Below, piece after piece: positions 20,405 to 31,127 of a stretch of 64,000 nt of DNA (position 1 is the first letter of the stretch; each line of letters begins with the position of its first letter). The notes under the pieces are model-generated. The model did not search any database and was not told the DNA's origin. It was given only the letters and a program-made list of their open reading frames with translations. The DNA comes from Porticoccaceae bacterium (lineage in GTDB: Bacteria; Pseudomonadota; Gammaproteobacteria; Pseudomonadales; GM7GCV1), in assembly GCA_038145405.1 (NCBI GenBank), contig JAYQPQ010000002.1, positions 6,535 to 70,534 on the forward strand, written 5' to 3'. A program made the translations under genes and the position numbers.

Positions 20405-21760
20405 CTAGCCGTTGATATCCCGGCGAATCGCATCGATATCAATACCGGAGGCGCGCAATTGACGCTCGCGCGCCGCTTCGCTTTCCGTGTAGCGAATCCA
20501 GGTGCGTGCGTACTCGATGCTGTCGGCATCGCGCACGGCACGGAACAAGCGCAGGGCTTCATCGTAACGATACATGTAAAGCAGGGAGATGCCGGCTTGC
20601 AGACGCACTGCATCGGGCTCTTCCAAACCGCCCTTTTCCAGAGCTTCCATTGCCGCTTCGTAGCCTTCCCCGTAGCGCTCCATGGAGTTATAGATATTGG
20701 CCAGACGGGCAAAAGACTCGCCGTTTTCTGCCAGCTGAGCTGCACGCTCCATCCAGGTTAGTGCCTTATTGAAGTCATGCGCGGTGTAATAAGCCTGGCC
20801 GATGATTTGAAAATTCTTTTCATTCTCTTCGATCAGGCCGTCTTCCATGCCCTTGATGATGACTTCTGCACCCTGTACAGGGGCACCTTTGGACATATAC
20901 ATAAAGCCCAGGCCCAGTGCCTGACTCTCTGAGGTCAAGCCACCTTGCAGCCAGGCCAGGTCATAAGCGGCCATTTGCTGGTCGATCTGCTCGAGTTCGG
21001 CGTACATACCACCCAGTTCTCGCCAGTAGCGGACATTGGGATAATAAACAATCAGCTTTTTGAGAATCTCAATAACCTTGGGAAAGTTATTGCGGGTGTA
21101 GTAGATGGTGCGCTGAATGGCGTACCAGTTCTCCTGACCGATTTCACCGATATCCTCGCGCATGGTGATGGCGCGCTCGATATAGCTCAATGAATTGTCG
21201 AAGTCTTCCAGGCTGTAGTAGATGGTTCCGATCAGCGCATAGTCATTGGCGCCGATAATGGTCTGGTAGGACATCCACTCGAGATAGAGGTCCAGTGCCT
21301 GCTGGTACTCCTCGTCAATCATGTGCAACTGGGCCAGCGTCTTGATGGTACGAACCACCAGTGGCGCGTTGGCCTCAGGCTCGTCGATCACGCGACGGTA
21401 ATAGCCTTTGGCCTGTTGATTATCTTCCAACAAGTAGTAGATAAAACCGTAAAGATTATAGACCTCAGCCTTTTCGTGGCTGGGCAGACGATCCACGTTG
21501 ACCTTGCGAATTTCAACCAGCGCTGCTTGCGGATTGGGTTCCGGTACCGGCCCACCCTCCACTTCGGGTTCTGGCGCCAGGAAAGCGCGTACCGGATCCA
21601 GTGCTCTTGCCGTGGTCGGGCTCAAGGCACGAACGCGGGCGGTTTCGACATCTTCAAAGCGGCGCTCTTCTTCCTGAGCCTGCAAGGGCAGACTCGTTAC
21701 CGCCGAGATAGCCATCAGGGCGGCTACGAAGGTAGCCTGTAGCTTAAAGTTAATGCCCAT
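20405..21760 (-). CDS. secreted tetratricopeptide-repeat protein, last gene of the TonB2-type cluster (TtpD-like)
   Basis: Signal peptide (FVAALMAISAVTSLPLQAQ) followed by repeated TPR-like A/Y/L patterns. Occupies the position of TtpD in Vibrio TonB2 systems. Confidence 0.75.
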   Translation of the reverse strand: MGINFKLQATFVAALMAISAVTSLPLQAQEEERRFEDVETARVRALSPTTARALDPVRAFLAPEPEVEGGPVPEPNPQAALVEIRKVNVDRLPSHEKAEVYNLYGFIYYLLEDNQQAKGYYRRVIDEPEANAPLVVRTIKTLAQLHMIDEEYQQALDLYLEWMSYQTIIGANDYALIGTIYYSLEDFDNSLSYIERAITMREDIGEIGQENWYAIQRTIYYTRNNFPKVIEILKKLIVYYPNVRYWRELGGMYAELEQIDQQMAAYDLAWLQGGLTSESQALGLGFMYMSKGAPVQGAEVIIKGMEDGLIEENEKNFQIIGQAYYTAHDFNKALTWMERAAQLAENGESFARLANIYNSMERYGEGYEAAMEALEKGGLEEPDAVRLQAGISLLYMYRYDEALRLFRAVRDADSIEYARTWIRYTESEAARERQLRASGIDIDAIRRDING

Positions 21761-21799
21761 ATCTCCCTCTAACTCCTCATCAACTGACGCGCAAAAACC

Positions 21800-22429
21800 T
21801 TAGCGCTCGTCAGCCATCTCAAAGGTGAATTTATACTGGTGCGCGACCTCGACGGGCCGGCCGTCGATGATACGCGGGCGATACTTGAGTTTTTCGGCAG
21901 CCCGGATACTGTCACGCAGGAACACCGAGTTGGTGCATTCCACTTCGACGATGTCAGCGGTGGTACCGGCGGTGGTAATGGTAAAGCCCACCACGCAGTA
22001 ACCCTCCAGGCCACGCTCGGCAGCGCGCGCCGGGTAATTGGGCTGAATCGCCACCAGCGGAATAATATCGCCATCGCTAAATGCGGTGCCAATGTTGATT
22101 TCCACACTGGTATCGGCACGTGCCACAGAAATATTGACCGAATCCATGCTGGCATCCAGCTCCATGGTGATATCCGGAATTTCCGGCTGTTCTTCCGGCT
22201 CTTCAATTTCCTCGACCTGGCGCTCCTTGACCTGGTCTTCAATCACCTCATCTTCCTGCCAGATATCACCGATGTTGATACGCTCGGTTTCCTCCGGTTC
22301 TTGCAGATCGGCATTGATCAACGCCTGCATCAGAAACAGGAGGAAAAAGGTCACCACCACCGCCAACAGGGCGGAGGGGATCAGCAAAAGGTAGCCAGGC
22401 TGGCCTGAACCATTGAGCTTCATTATCAA
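21800..22429 (-). CDS. tonB: TonB-family energy transducer, acidic-linker form (TonB2-like)
   Basis: TM anchor, Glu-rich linker (QEPEETERI...EDEVIEDQVKERQVEEIEEPEEQPEIPD) and TonB C-domain (IQPNYPARAAERGLEGYCVVGFTITTAGTTADIV). ATGA overlap with exbD. Confidence 0.85.
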   Translation of the reverse strand: MIMKLNGSGQPGYLLLIPSALLAVVVTFFLLFLMQALINADLQEPEETERINIGDIWQEDEVIEDQVKERQVEEIEEPEEQPEIPDITMELDASMDSVNISVARADTSVEINIGTAFSDGDIIPLVAIQPNYPARAAERGLEGYCVVGFTITTAGTTADIVEVECTNSVFLRDSIRAAEKLKYRPRIIDGRPVEVAHQYKFTFEMADER

Positions 22430-22827
22430 CCCTCCTCTGCAGAAATTTGCACGAGTTCAACGCCCACATCCTTGGCTGCATCTGCTACGGCTGCAATCTG
22501 GCGCACCTGGGCATCCTGGTCGGCTTGAATGACCAGTGCACCCTTAGGGTTATCTGCATAAAGCGCGGCGATGCTCGTGCGCAGGAAGCGGGGGTCAATC
22601 TGCTCGCGGTTGATCCAGATATTGCTGTTGGCGTCGATAGCTACCAGCATGCTGGGCTTCAAGTCCTCAGCGTTACCCGCCAGCGGCTTAAGCACGTCGG
22701 TTCCCGGCAGCTTAATAAAGGTCGCCGTCACGATAAAGAAAATCAGCATGATAAAGACCACGTCCAACATGGGCGTCAGGTCGATTTGCTGTTCTTCGGG
22801 TGAACTGGTTTGCCTTCTCTGTCTCAT
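22426..22827 (-). CDS. exbD: biopolymer transport protein ExbD/TolR
   Basis: 133 aa. IDLTPMLDVVFIMLIFFIV TM segment followed by an ExbD periplasmic domain. Confidence 0.9.
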   Translation of the reverse strand: MRQRRQTSSPEEQQIDLTPMLDVVFIMLIFFIVTATFIKLPGTDVLKPLAGNAEDLKPSMLVAIDANSNIWINREQIDPRFLRTSIAALYADNPKGALVIQADQDAQVRQIAAVADAAKDVGVELVQISAEEG

Positions 22828-22850
22828 ATTCGTTTGACCTCAAAGTCGCC

Positions 22851-23381
22851 CTAATGATCCATGGTCATATGATCTTCGAGCAGTGCAGTTTCCTTGTCGG
22901 CGATACGGTTCAGGTAGGTGTCGGCAAAAACGCCGGCGATGGCTACCACCATGCCCGACAGTGTCGGGATGGTAGCGCGGAACACACCGCCAGCCATTTG
23001 GCGGGCGTCGCCGCCACCGGTGATGGCCATGACCTCAAATACGGAGATCATGCCTGTTACCGTACCCAACAAACCGAAAAGGGGAGCTACAGCCACCATG
23101 GTTTTGACCATGGGCAGACTCGCGCGCACCTTTTCACTGGCTTCGGAAATCAACTTCTCACGGACCTTGTGAGCGAACCAGGAGGTGCGCTCGGCGCGCG
23201 TCTCCCAGATAGAAATGGCAAGGTTCACGTCAGCTTGCACGCCGCCGCCCTTGTAGTACCAAATGCGCTCGACAATCAGCGTCCACATGGCAAAGGCCAG
23301 GCCAGCGATGGCCCAGAGCACCGGGCCACCCATTTCCATGTAGCGTGAAATCGCTTCAAGCGAATCGTAGAACCACAACAT
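22851..23381 (-). CDS. exbB: MotA/TolQ/ExbB proton channel protein
   Basis: 176 aa with three TM helices. APLFGLLGTVTGMISVFEVM is a typical ExbB/TolQ motif. Confidence 0.9.
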   Translation of the reverse strand: MLWFYDSLEAISRYMEMGGPVLWAIAGLAFAMWTLIVERIWYYKGGGVQADVNLAISIWETRAERTSWFAHKVREKLISEASEKVRASLPMVKTMVAVAPLFGLLGTVTGMISVFEVMAITGGGDARQMAGGVFRATIPTLSGMVVAIAGVFADTYLNRIADKETALLEDHMTMDH

Positions 23382-23383
23382 GG

Positions 23384-24751
23384 TTACTTGGCCTCAGCCC
23401 GCTCCGCCACGATACCTGCCGACTGCTCATCCAGAATATGGATGATGCGCATGGCGCGGCTATTGAGCAGCGTGTGCAGAAGCACGGTGGGGATAGCCAC
23501 CACAAGGCCCAGTACGGTGGTTACCAGAGCCTGGGAAATACCACCAGCCATGCCCTGTACGTCGCCGGCACCGAAGAGGGTAATGCCCTGGAACACGATG
23601 ATCATACCGGTCACCGTACCCAGCAGACCCAGCAGGGGCGCCACTGCGGCAATAATCTTGATCACATTCAGCCAGGACTCGATGCGCGGACGCTCCTTAA
23701 GGATGGCCTCACCCAGCTTCAGCTCCAGTGTTTCTACATCGGCGCTGCGGCTGTTTTCGTAAACCTTCAGCACGCGACCCAGCGGGTTGTCTTCGTTGGC
23801 AACCTTGGATTTGAGCTGGCGACTTACCTTGCCGCTGATGGTCATCAGGTCGAACAGACGAATCAGCGAGATGATGACGGCAATGACGAACAATCCGGTA
23901 ATCACGTATCCCACGTAACCGCCCTGATGCCATTTCTCAACCAGGGTCGGCGTGGCAATGATGGCGCGCAGGAAGCTGCCGCCATTGGGGCCGGTCGGGT
24001 CTAAGCCCACGCGGGTGAAGCCACTGCTTTCGTCTTGCAGGTCGCTGGCACCGCTCAGATAGCGGCCGGCCGGCTGGCTCGGCAGCACAGAAATGAGCTT
24101 GGTGCCCGGATCGTAAGCCAGGTATTCGCCCTCGGAAAGGAGGTTGTAGTTGCCCACGCGAATCACTTCGCGCTGCTGTTGCTGGCCATCGGGGGTCACC
24201 ACGGTAGCGTTAAAACGCACCACTTCGCTGGAGTAAATAATTTCGTCCAGGGTTTCGGCCCAGAGGCGCTGTACTTCGGCAACCGTCGGCAATCGGGTGG
24301 TACTGGACATCTTCTCGATCATGGGATCGATAAAGTCCGTACGCGCAGGAAATTGCGCAGAGGTGATGGACAGATCGATGGTTTCGCGCACGTCACCGGC
24401 AAAGCCAGTCAGATGACCAAAGAGTTCGCGCAGGGTACCCAGACGCTCGGAGAGCTGCTGAGAACGGTCGGCAATGGCGATTTCATTGGCGTCGTACTGA
24501 TCTTTCAACTGCTCGCTGCGGCGCTCGAGGGCGGCGCGATCGGCGTTAGCTTCCTGCAGCAGGCGCTGCTGGTTGGCACGATTCTGGCGAAACTCGGCTT
24601 CGCGTTGGCGTAATTGTTGGTCCTGGATCTCGGTCGCTGAGCGAACGATAGCCATCAGTTCTTGCAGGCTGGCAGCAGCCGGCTGTTCCTGGGCCTGTAG
24701 CGACCCGGAGACCAGTACGGCAGCAATCGCAGTTAGAATTAACTTCTTCAT
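23384..24751 (-). CDS. large MotA/TolQ/ExbB-family protein with N-terminal periplasmic coiled-coil domain (TtpC-like)
   Basis: 455 aa. Signal peptide, long soluble domain, then a C-terminal ExbB-like module (APLLGLLGTVTGMIIVFQGI). This is the architecture of TtpC in TonB2 systems. Confidence 0.85.
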   Translation of the reverse strand: MKKLILTAIAAVLVSGSLQAQEQPAAASLQELMAIVRSATEIQDQQLRQREAEFRQNRANQQRLLQEANADRAALERRSEQLKDQYDANEIAIADRSQQLSERLGTLRELFGHLTGFAGDVRETIDLSITSAQFPARTDFIDPMIEKMSSTTRLPTVAEVQRLWAETLDEIIYSSEVVRFNATVVTPDGQQQQREVIRVGNYNLLSEGEYLAYDPGTKLISVLPSQPAGRYLSGASDLQDESSGFTRVGLDPTGPNGGSFLRAIIATPTLVEKWHQGGYVGYVITGLFVIAVIISLIRLFDLMTISGKVSRQLKSKVANEDNPLGRVLKVYENSRSADVETLELKLGEAILKERPRIESWLNVIKIIAAVAPLLGLLGTVTGMIIVFQGITLFGAGDVQGMAGGISQALVTTVLGLVVAIPTVLLHTLLNSRAMRIIHILDEQSAGIVAERAEAK

Positions 24752-24754
24752 TTC

Positions 24755-25531
24755 TTACCCCTTAGGCGCCGCGATGGGCAGGCTCATGATATCGATGGCA
24801 GCTTGCTGCTTGGCGATGCGCAAGCCATTGGCGACTGCACTTTTGTAGGCGCCGGATGGCAACTGCTCCCACTCCTCGGTGGTGGCGTTCCAAGCACCGG
24901 TGATGGCCTGATCCTTGGTTTGGTACATCAGCGCGATTCGGCCGACGCGCAGAATATCGACTTCTAGTTCGATGCCATTGATGACCACGGTATCAGAATA
25001 GTTTTCAATATTTTTGCCGTAGTCGGTTTCGATGCGATAGGCCTCGAGAATCTGACGGAATTTCTCGGCGGTGGTCAGGTCAGAGCGCTCCATGTTGGCG
25101 GCCAGGCGCTCGACGCGCTCGCGGCGCTCTTCGAGACTGAAGGGCAGATCCATTTCGACAAACTGGGCGAGGGCATCAACCATTTGCAGCTGCAGCGGTA
25201 CCAGGTTCACTTCCATGCTGGTGGCTTCATCGATGGACTGTGCCAGATCGGCCAGCTGCTGAACCTGATCGGCGATCTGCAGTTCGAGCTGAGCGTTATA
25301 AACGCGCAGGTTTTCGATCTGCTTCAGCACTTGTCGGTAGTCGACAATGACCTGATCGGTTTCGTTGGCGATGGCATCAACGCGTTGCTGCGAGTCGGCG
25401 GCTTGTTGAATGCGCGCACTGTCTGCTTGCGTGACGCCATCGACTGACTGGGCGGAAGCCTGACCCATGAGCGCCAGGCTCAGGGCTGCTCCGGCCAGGG
25501 AAGCGAAATATTTCAGTCGCATATGATTCAT
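24755..25531 (-). CDS. periplasmic coiled-coil protein, DUF3450/TtpB-like, first gene of the TonB2-type cluster
   Basis: Signal peptide (LKYFASLAGAALSLALMGQASAQ) and heptad-rich sequence. Start ATG 25531 is preceded by GAGGGA. The ORF-track start at 25570 is probably over-extended. Confidence 0.7.
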   Translation of the reverse strand: MNHMRLKYFASLAGAALSLALMGQASAQSVDGVTQADSARIQQAADSQQRVDAIANETDQVIVDYRQVLKQIENLRVYNAQLELQIADQVQQLADLAQSIDEATSMEVNLVPLQLQMVDALAQFVEMDLPFSLEERRERVERLAANMERSDLTTAEKFRQILEAYRIETDYGKNIENYSDTVVINGIELEVDILRVGRIALMYQTKDQAITGAWNATTEEWEQLPSGAYKSAVANGLRIAKQQAAIDIMSLPIAAPKG

Positions 25532-25713
25532 GATTCCCTCGGTACTAAAATTACTGAATATTGATCTCACTGCTCATTCCTCTGACGAGGCATGGCACCA
25601 GATTTTTTAAGGGTGACGAATTGCTCGCCCTCTGCGCTTGACGCGCAAAGGAAGCCAGATAGCGTAAATTGAAAATTGAATAACTTCTACCCTGACCCGG
25701 ATGTTAGCACTAT

Positions 25714-26217
25714 CTATGCGCATTTCTCCAGTGTTTGGAAGCAAATTTGCAGCCCTCCATCTACTTCGAACTGAGAGTCCACTACAGACCACTCTTGACC
25801 CAGTTCGGGAAACCTCGCGTCACCCTCCGGGGCGCGGGGGATCAATGTTCGGTAGATTCTGTCGGCCCTGTCAAGAAAAAGAGTGTAAAGCTCGGCGCCG
25901 CCCGCCACCATGATTTCTGTGGCGCCCACCTGCTGCGCCACCTCATCGGCACGCAGCAGCGCCGCTTCGGCACTAAGAACTACATCCACGCCGGGAGCCG
26001 ACCAGGTGGCGTCCCGCGTCAATACAATAAAGTGTCGGCCCGGCAGCGGGCGGCCAATGGAGTCAAAGGTCTTGCGCCCGAGAACAACTGGCTTGCCCAT
26101 AGTTATGGCTTTGAAGTGGCGCAAGTCCGCGGGCAGGTGCCAGGGCATCTGGTTATCGCGGCCGATGACACCGTTTTCGGCAACTGCGACGATAAGACAG
26201 AGTTGGGGTTTTCTCAT
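25714..26217 (-). CDS. folA: dihydrofolate reductase
   Basis: [57 protein letters not shown] 26217 overlaps the thyA TGA (ATGA). Confidence 0.93.
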   Translation of the reverse strand: MRKPQLCLIVAVAENGVIGRDNQMPWHLPADLRHFKAITMGKPVVLGRKTFDSIGRPLPGRHFIVLTRDATWSAPGVDVVLSAEAALLRADEVAQQVGATEIMVAGGAELYTLFLDRADRIYRTLIPRAPEGDARFPELGQEWSVVDSQFEVDGGLQICFQTLEKCA

Positions 26218-27065
26218 ACGGAGAAGGGGTACTCGATAGGGTCGTGGCACTGGTATCCGACCAGCTTAAAATCCTCAAGACTAACCCAGGTTTCGAGATC
26301 TTCCAGCGAGCGGATTTCGGGATTGATTTCCAGCTGCGGCGAGGGAAAGGGTTCGCGCTTTAACTGCACATCCCGCATCAACGCAAGCTGGTCTTCGTAG
26401 ATGTGAGCGTTGACGATTTTGTGATACGCCAAGGCGGGTCGATGCCCGGTGATCTGGGCAATCAGCGCCAATAGGGTAAATACCTGCACCTGGTTAAAAT
26501 TCAGTCCGAGCGGCACATCGCAGGAGCGCTGATAGCTGGTCAGAAAGAGTTCATCGCCGACCAATGAAAAGGTATGGGTGTGCATGCAGGGACGCAGGCA
26601 GCCAAGCTCAAATTCGCCGGGGTTATAGAAGGTCAGTATCTCGCCGCGATCGTCGATACCGCTGGTCAGGTTGTCCACCAATTTGCGCAACTGATCAAGG
26701 GGCTCGCCGGATGGTCGGCGCCAGGCGCGACCCTGCACCCCGTATACGCGGCCCATATCATCCTCTCCGCGTCGCGCCGGGTTAGTAAGCCAGGCGGGGT
26801 TCTGATTGGCGTTGGCATCCCAGCTGCGCGTGCCGAGGGCGCGAAAGTCAGCAGCACTGTCATAGCCGCGCAAATAGCCAAGCAGTTCAGCGATGGCTGC
26901 CTTCCAGTAGCTTTTGCGCGTGGTCACCAGCGGAAAGACGTTACCGCCCACGTCGTAGCACAGGTCGGCATTGATTGCCGTCAGGCAACGCTTGCCGGTG
27001 CGCGCGTTCTCCACCCAGGCCCCCCCATCGACAATGCGCCGGCACAAATCCAGATATTGCTTCAC
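26214..27065 (-). CDS. thyA: thymidylate synthase (ThyA, 283-aa form)
   Basis: [14 protein letters not shown]...[13 protein letters not shown]...[13 protein letters not shown]...HIYEDQ. GTG 27065 overlaps the lgt TGA (GTGA). The longer ORF-track version would overlap lgt. Confidence 0.95.
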   Translation of the reverse strand: MKQYLDLCRRIVDGGAWVENARTGKRCLTAINADLCYDVGGNVFPLVTTRKSYWKAAIAELLGYLRGYDSAADFRALGTRSWDANANQNPAWLTNPARRGEDDMGRVYGVQGRAWRRPSGEPLDQLRKLVDNLTSGIDDRGEILTFYNPGEFELGCLRPCMHTHTFSLVGDELFLTSYQRSCDVPLGLNFNQVQVFTLLALIAQITGHRPALAYHKIVNAHIYEDQLALMRDVQLKREPFPSPQLEINPEIRSLEDLETWVSLEDFKLVGYQCHDPIEYPFSV

Positions 27066-27853
27066 GCCGGTCGCCTCGCTGCCCGTTGCGCCAATATCAA
27101 CAGGCCGAGCCCAACCAGAATCATGGGTACCGAAAGCAACTGGCCGCGCGTCATCCAACCAAAAAGCAGGATGCTGATGTGGGCATCAGGCTCGCGGGCA
27201 AACTCCACCACAAACCGCGCCAAACCGTAGAGCAGCAGGAAGACGCCGGAGATCATGCCGGCCTGCCGCGGGCGTCGCGACAAGAAAAGGAGAATGGCGA
27301 ACAGAACGACGCCCTCCAAGATGGCCTCGTATAGTTGCGAGGGGTGGCGGGGCAGTTGAAAGGGATCGCGTGGAAAGACCATGGCATACCAACCGGTGGT
27401 AGGCCGCCCCCAGAGCTCCTGTCCAACAAAATTGGCGATACGTCCGAGGAACAAACCGATCGGCACCGCAGGCGCTACCCGATCCGACAGAACCAGAAAG
27501 GGGATAGCCTGGCGCCGGGCAAACAACAACATCGCCAGGATCACGCCGACCAGTCCGCCGTGAAAGGACATGCCACCCTCCCAAACGCGCAGCAGCCACA
27601 GCGGGTCCGTCAAAAACTGGTCGAACTTGTACAGGAACACGTAGCCAAGGCGGCCGCCCAACACCACGCCCAGCGCACCGTAAAACACCAGATCTTCGAT
27701 CTGCTCCGCGCGCAGCGGGCTCCAGGGCTGTTGGGTGCGCTGACGCAGCAGTAGCCAGACGAGCACAAAGCTGGCTAGGTAGGCCAAGCCATACCAATGC
27801 ACCTGGAGCGGACCCAAACTGAAGGCAACCGGGTCGATAGAGGGATAGCGCAT
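27062..27853 (-). CDS. lgt: prolipoprotein diacylglyceryl transferase
   Basis: [24 protein letters not shown]...[12 protein letters not shown]...[16 protein letters not shown]. Confidence 0.95.
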   Translation of the reverse strand: MRYPSIDPVAFSLGPLQVHWYGLAYLASFVLVWLLLRQRTQQPWSPLRAEQIEDLVFYGALGVVLGGRLGYVFLYKFDQFLTDPLWLLRVWEGGMSFHGGLVGVILAMLLFARRQAIPFLVLSDRVAPAVPIGLFLGRIANFVGQELWGRPTTGWYAMVFPRDPFQLPRHPSQLYEAILEGVVLFAILLFLSRRPRQAGMISGVFLLLYGLARFVVEFAREPDAHISILLFGWMTRGQLLSVPMILVGLGLLILAQRAARRPA

Positions 27854-30141
27854 CAGCTTTTGCCCAGGCCGGGCGCCAATGCTGTCAATCTGCGCAGCTG
27901 TGGATCGGAGACGAACTCCAGCATCAATGCGCGCACTTCCTCGGCCGTGGAGGATTTCAGCGCGCGCCGCAAAATCGGCTTGAGTTGCTTCGACTGAATT
28001 TGCCGAATAAAGGCTTTCACCCGCAGCAGATTGGAAGCATTCATGGACAGTGTGTCATAGCCCATGGCCATGAGCAGCGTGGCGCCGAGCGGGTCACCTG
28101 CCAGTTCGCCGCAGACACCCGCCGGGCGGCCCTCCGCATGGGCAGCCTTGACGACGTGATTCAGTGCCGCCAGCACGGCGGGGTGCATGGCCTGGTAGAG
28201 GTCGGCTACGCGCGAATTATTGCGATCGACAGCCAGAATGTATTGCGTCAGGTCGTTGCTACCCACCGACAAAAAGTCGACGCGCCGTGCCAGATCGCGC
28301 GCCAGGAACACAGCCGAGGGTACTTCGATCATGACGCCGATCTTCGGCATGCGGAGGGCAAAGCCTTCCTCTTCCGTCAGCTCGCGAAAGGCTCGCCGAA
28401 TGAGCACCAGAGATTCCTCCAGCTCGGTCACGCCGGAAATCATGGGCAGCAGAATGGACAGGTTATCCAGGCCTACCGAGGCCTTCATCATGGCGCGCGT
28501 CTGCGCCAGAAAGAGCTCTGGATGATCGAGCGTGACGCGAATGCCGCGCCAGCCGAGGAAGGGGTTTTCCTCGCGAATGGGGAAGTAGGGCAGCGACTTG
28601 TCGCCACCGATATCCAGGGTGCGCATAATAACCGGCCGCGGTGCAAAGGGCACCAACAGATCGCGATAAATTTTGCGCTGCTCTTCCTCGATGGGGAAAC
28701 GATCGCGTGAGAGGAAGGGCACTTCGCTGCGAAATAAGCCCACGCCCTCGGCACCGCGCTCCAGCGATACCTTCACGTCGGCCATCAAACCGGTATTCAC
28801 CAGCAAGGATATGCGTGCGCCATCCAAGGTCACCGCCGGCTCGTTGCGCAACACTTCCAGTTCGGCTAGCAATTGCCGATCTTCGCGCAGAACTTCCTCA
28901 AAATGCGCCCGGTGTGCCGGGGTCGCATTGAGAAAAATGAGGCCGTAATAGCCATCGACGATGATTTCCTGGCCGCGCAAGCGGCCGATGCGCAGTCCGC
29001 CAACACCCACCACCGTGGGAATGCCCATGGCGCGAGCCAGTATGGCTAGATGGGAGTTGGTGGAACCTTTCACCGATACCAGCCCGCTCAGCTTTTCCGG
29101 CGGCACCATGCCCAGAATGGAGGCGGTCAGTTCCTCGCCAACCAGGATGGTGTTATCGGGAAACACAATTTCCTCGACATCGCGCTCCTGCATGTGGCCC
29201 AGTACCCGGCGACCGATGTCGCGCAGATCCGAAGCACGCTCGCGCAGATAGGCATCGCCCATCTCCTCAAAGCGTCGACAGTGCGCCAGGATGACCTCAC
29301 TCCAGGCCGATTGGGCCGACTGGCCATCGGCGATGCGCGCCAGCACTTCCTTGCCAAGACTCTGGTCGTCCAGCATCTGGATGTAGGCACTAAAGAGTAG
29401 GCGTTCCTGCTCATTGATGTGTGTCGTGAGACTGTGCTCGAGATCGCGAATGTCCTTGCGGGTTTTTTCCACCGCCAGGCGGTATTCCTCCAGCTCAAGC
29501 TTTTCGCCCCGGCTGGACACGGCCGAGGTGGCGTAAAGATCCGCCACCGGTGAAATAACCACCACCTGTCCGATGGCGACGCCGGGCGCTCCAGGAATGC
29601 CGTGAAACTCGATTTCTCTTTTGCCGTCTACATCACCCTGCGTGAGCTGCGCCAGGTCCCCGGTGGACTCGGCATGGGCAATGACGCCAGCCAGCTGCGC
29701 GGAGAGCGTGGTGAGGAAAGCTTCATCACTTTCATCAAAACGTCGCTTGGCCTTCTGCTGCACGACCAGCACGCCGAGCACGCGTCGATGATGGATGATG
29801 GGAACGCCGAGAAAGGAACTGTATTTTTCCTCGCCGGTCTCGGGAATATAGTGGAAGCGCGGGTGCTGGTCGGCAGATTCGAGGTTAATCGGCTCTTCGC
29901 GGGTCGCCACCAGACCGACCAGACCTTCTTCTGTGCTCAGGCTAACTTTGCGAATGGCGCGTCGTTTCAGCCCCTGGGTCGCCATCAGGACGTAGCGACC
30001 GGATGCACCGTCGCGCAGGTAGACCGAGCAGACATTGACGCGCATGACCTGCTTCACGCGGCGCACGATGATCTCCAGGGCCAATCCCAGATCGGTGGAA
30101 TCACTGACCTGTTGGACGATGGAGCGCAACGATTCCAGCAT
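27853..30141 (-). CDS. ptsP: phosphoenolpyruvate-protein phosphotransferase PtsP (EI-Ntr, GAF domain)
   Basis: 762 aa. N-terminal GAF domain, then PEP-utilizing enzyme domains (GSTNSHLAILARAMGIPTVVG, FLSVGSNDLTQY). Confidence 0.93.
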   Translation of the reverse strand: MLESLRSIVQQVSDSTDLGLALEIIVRRVKQVMRVNVCSVYLRDGASGRYVLMATQGLKRRAIRKVSLSTEEGLVGLVATREEPINLESADQHPRFHYIPETGEEKYSSFLGVPIIHHRRVLGVLVVQQKAKRRFDESDEAFLTTLSAQLAGVIAHAESTGDLAQLTQGDVDGKREIEFHGIPGAPGVAIGQVVVISPVADLYATSAVSSRGEKLELEEYRLAVEKTRKDIRDLEHSLTTHINEQERLLFSAYIQMLDDQSLGKEVLARIADGQSAQSAWSEVILAHCRRFEEMGDAYLRERASDLRDIGRRVLGHMQERDVEEIVFPDNTILVGEELTASILGMVPPEKLSGLVSVKGSTNSHLAILARAMGIPTVVGVGGLRIGRLRGQEIIVDGYYGLIFLNATPAHRAHFEEVLREDRQLLAELEVLRNEPAVTLDGARISLLVNTGLMADVKVSLERGAEGVGLFRSEVPFLSRDRFPIEEEQRKIYRDLLVPFAPRPVIMRTLDIGGDKSLPYFPIREENPFLGWRGIRVTLDHPELFLAQTRAMMKASVGLDNLSILLPMISGVTELEESLVLIRRAFRELTEEEGFALRMPKIGVMIEVPSAVFLARDLARRVDFLSVGSNDLTQYILAVDRNNSRVADLYQAMHPAVLAALNHVVKAAHAEGRPAGVCGELAGDPLGATLLMAMGYDTLSMNASNLLRVKAFIRQIQSKQLKPILRRALKSSTAEEVRALMLEFVSDPQLRRLTALAPGLGKS

Positions 30142-30144
30142 GGG

Positions 30145-30636
30145 CTAGGCCTCTTGCAGCAAGCGATTGTGCATGGGCGCTAATTCAGTCATGGCGCGTC
30201 GATAAACGTCGCGCTTGAAGGCGACTACCTGACCGACAGGGTACCAGTAGCTGACCCAGCGCCAGTCAACAAACTCGGGCTTGGTCCCGGCGTACAGATT
30301 GATGGCCTCTGCCTCTGCCTCCAAGCGCAACAGAAACCACTTTTGTTTCTGTCCAACGCACTGCGGTTTCTGCTTGCGCCGCATCAGGTGCGGCGGGATG
30401 CGATAGCGCAACCAGGACTGGGTCTGGCCAAGCACGCGAACCTGTTCTGGCTGCAGCCCCACCTCTTCATAGAGTTCACGGAACATGGCGTCGCGCGGAC
30501 TTTCGCCCGAATCAATGCCGCCCTGCGGGAATTGCCAGGAATCGCCCTGCTGCACCCGCTTGGCCCAGAATACCTGGCCAGCACCATTGGCAATAATGAT
30601 GCCTACGTTGGAGCGAAAGCCGTCGGCGTCGATCAC
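30145..30636 (-). CDS. rppH: RNA pyrophosphohydrolase (Nudix)
   Basis: [14 protein letters not shown]...[28 protein letters not shown] (Nudix box). GTG 30636 gives the canonical N-terminus. The ORF-track start is 30666. Confidence 0.9.
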   Translation of the reverse strand: MIDADGFRSNVGIIIANGAGQVFWAKRVQQGDSWQFPQGGIDSGESPRDAMFRELYEEVGLQPEQVRVLGQTQSWLRYRIPPHLMRRKQKPQCVGQKQKWFLLRLEAEAEAINLYAGTKPEFVDWRWVSYWYPVGQVVAFKRDVYRRAMTELAPMHNRLLQEA

Positions 30637-30705
30637 ATTGTTCCAGAGACACCAGCACATCGCCACGATCCGGCCCGAAACCGGGTTCGCGCTGACTTGC
30701 CGGGC

Positions 30706-31098
30706 TCAGGCCTCCTCGATGATGTCGGCGTAGCCGTCGGCGTCGAGCGTATCGTCCAGTTCAGTGACATCCGTGGGCTGCACCCGGAAGAACCAGCCAT
30801 CGACGAAGGGTGACTGGTTAATCAGATCGGGCGCATCGACCAGGGCGTCGTTAACGGCGATCACTTCGCCGCTGACCAGGGAAAATACATCGGAAGCCGC
30901 CTTCACAGATTCCACTACGCCAGCTTCGCGGCCAGCCGTGACCTGATTGCCAACTTCGGGCAGTTCGACGTAAACCACATCACCCAGGGCTTCCTGAGCA
31001 TGGTCGGTGATGCCGATAGTCACCGTGCCGTCGTCGTTGAGTCGTGCCCATTCGTGACTGGCAAGGTACTTGAGATCAGCAGGTATTTCGCTCATCAA
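30706..31098 (-). CDS. gcvH: glycine cleavage system H protein
   Basis: [10 protein letters not shown]...[22 protein letters not shown]...[10 protein letters not shown] (lipoyl-lysine motif). Confidence 0.95.
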   Translation of the reverse strand: MMSEIPADLKYLASHEWARLNDDGTVTIGITDHAQEALGDVVYVELPEVGNQVTAGREAGVVESVKAASDVFSLVSGEVIAVNDALVDAPDLINQSPFVDGWFFRVQPTDVTELDDTLDADGYADIIEEA

Positions 31099-31127
31099 TC
31101 AATCTCTCTCGGTAAATTTTTCGTTGC

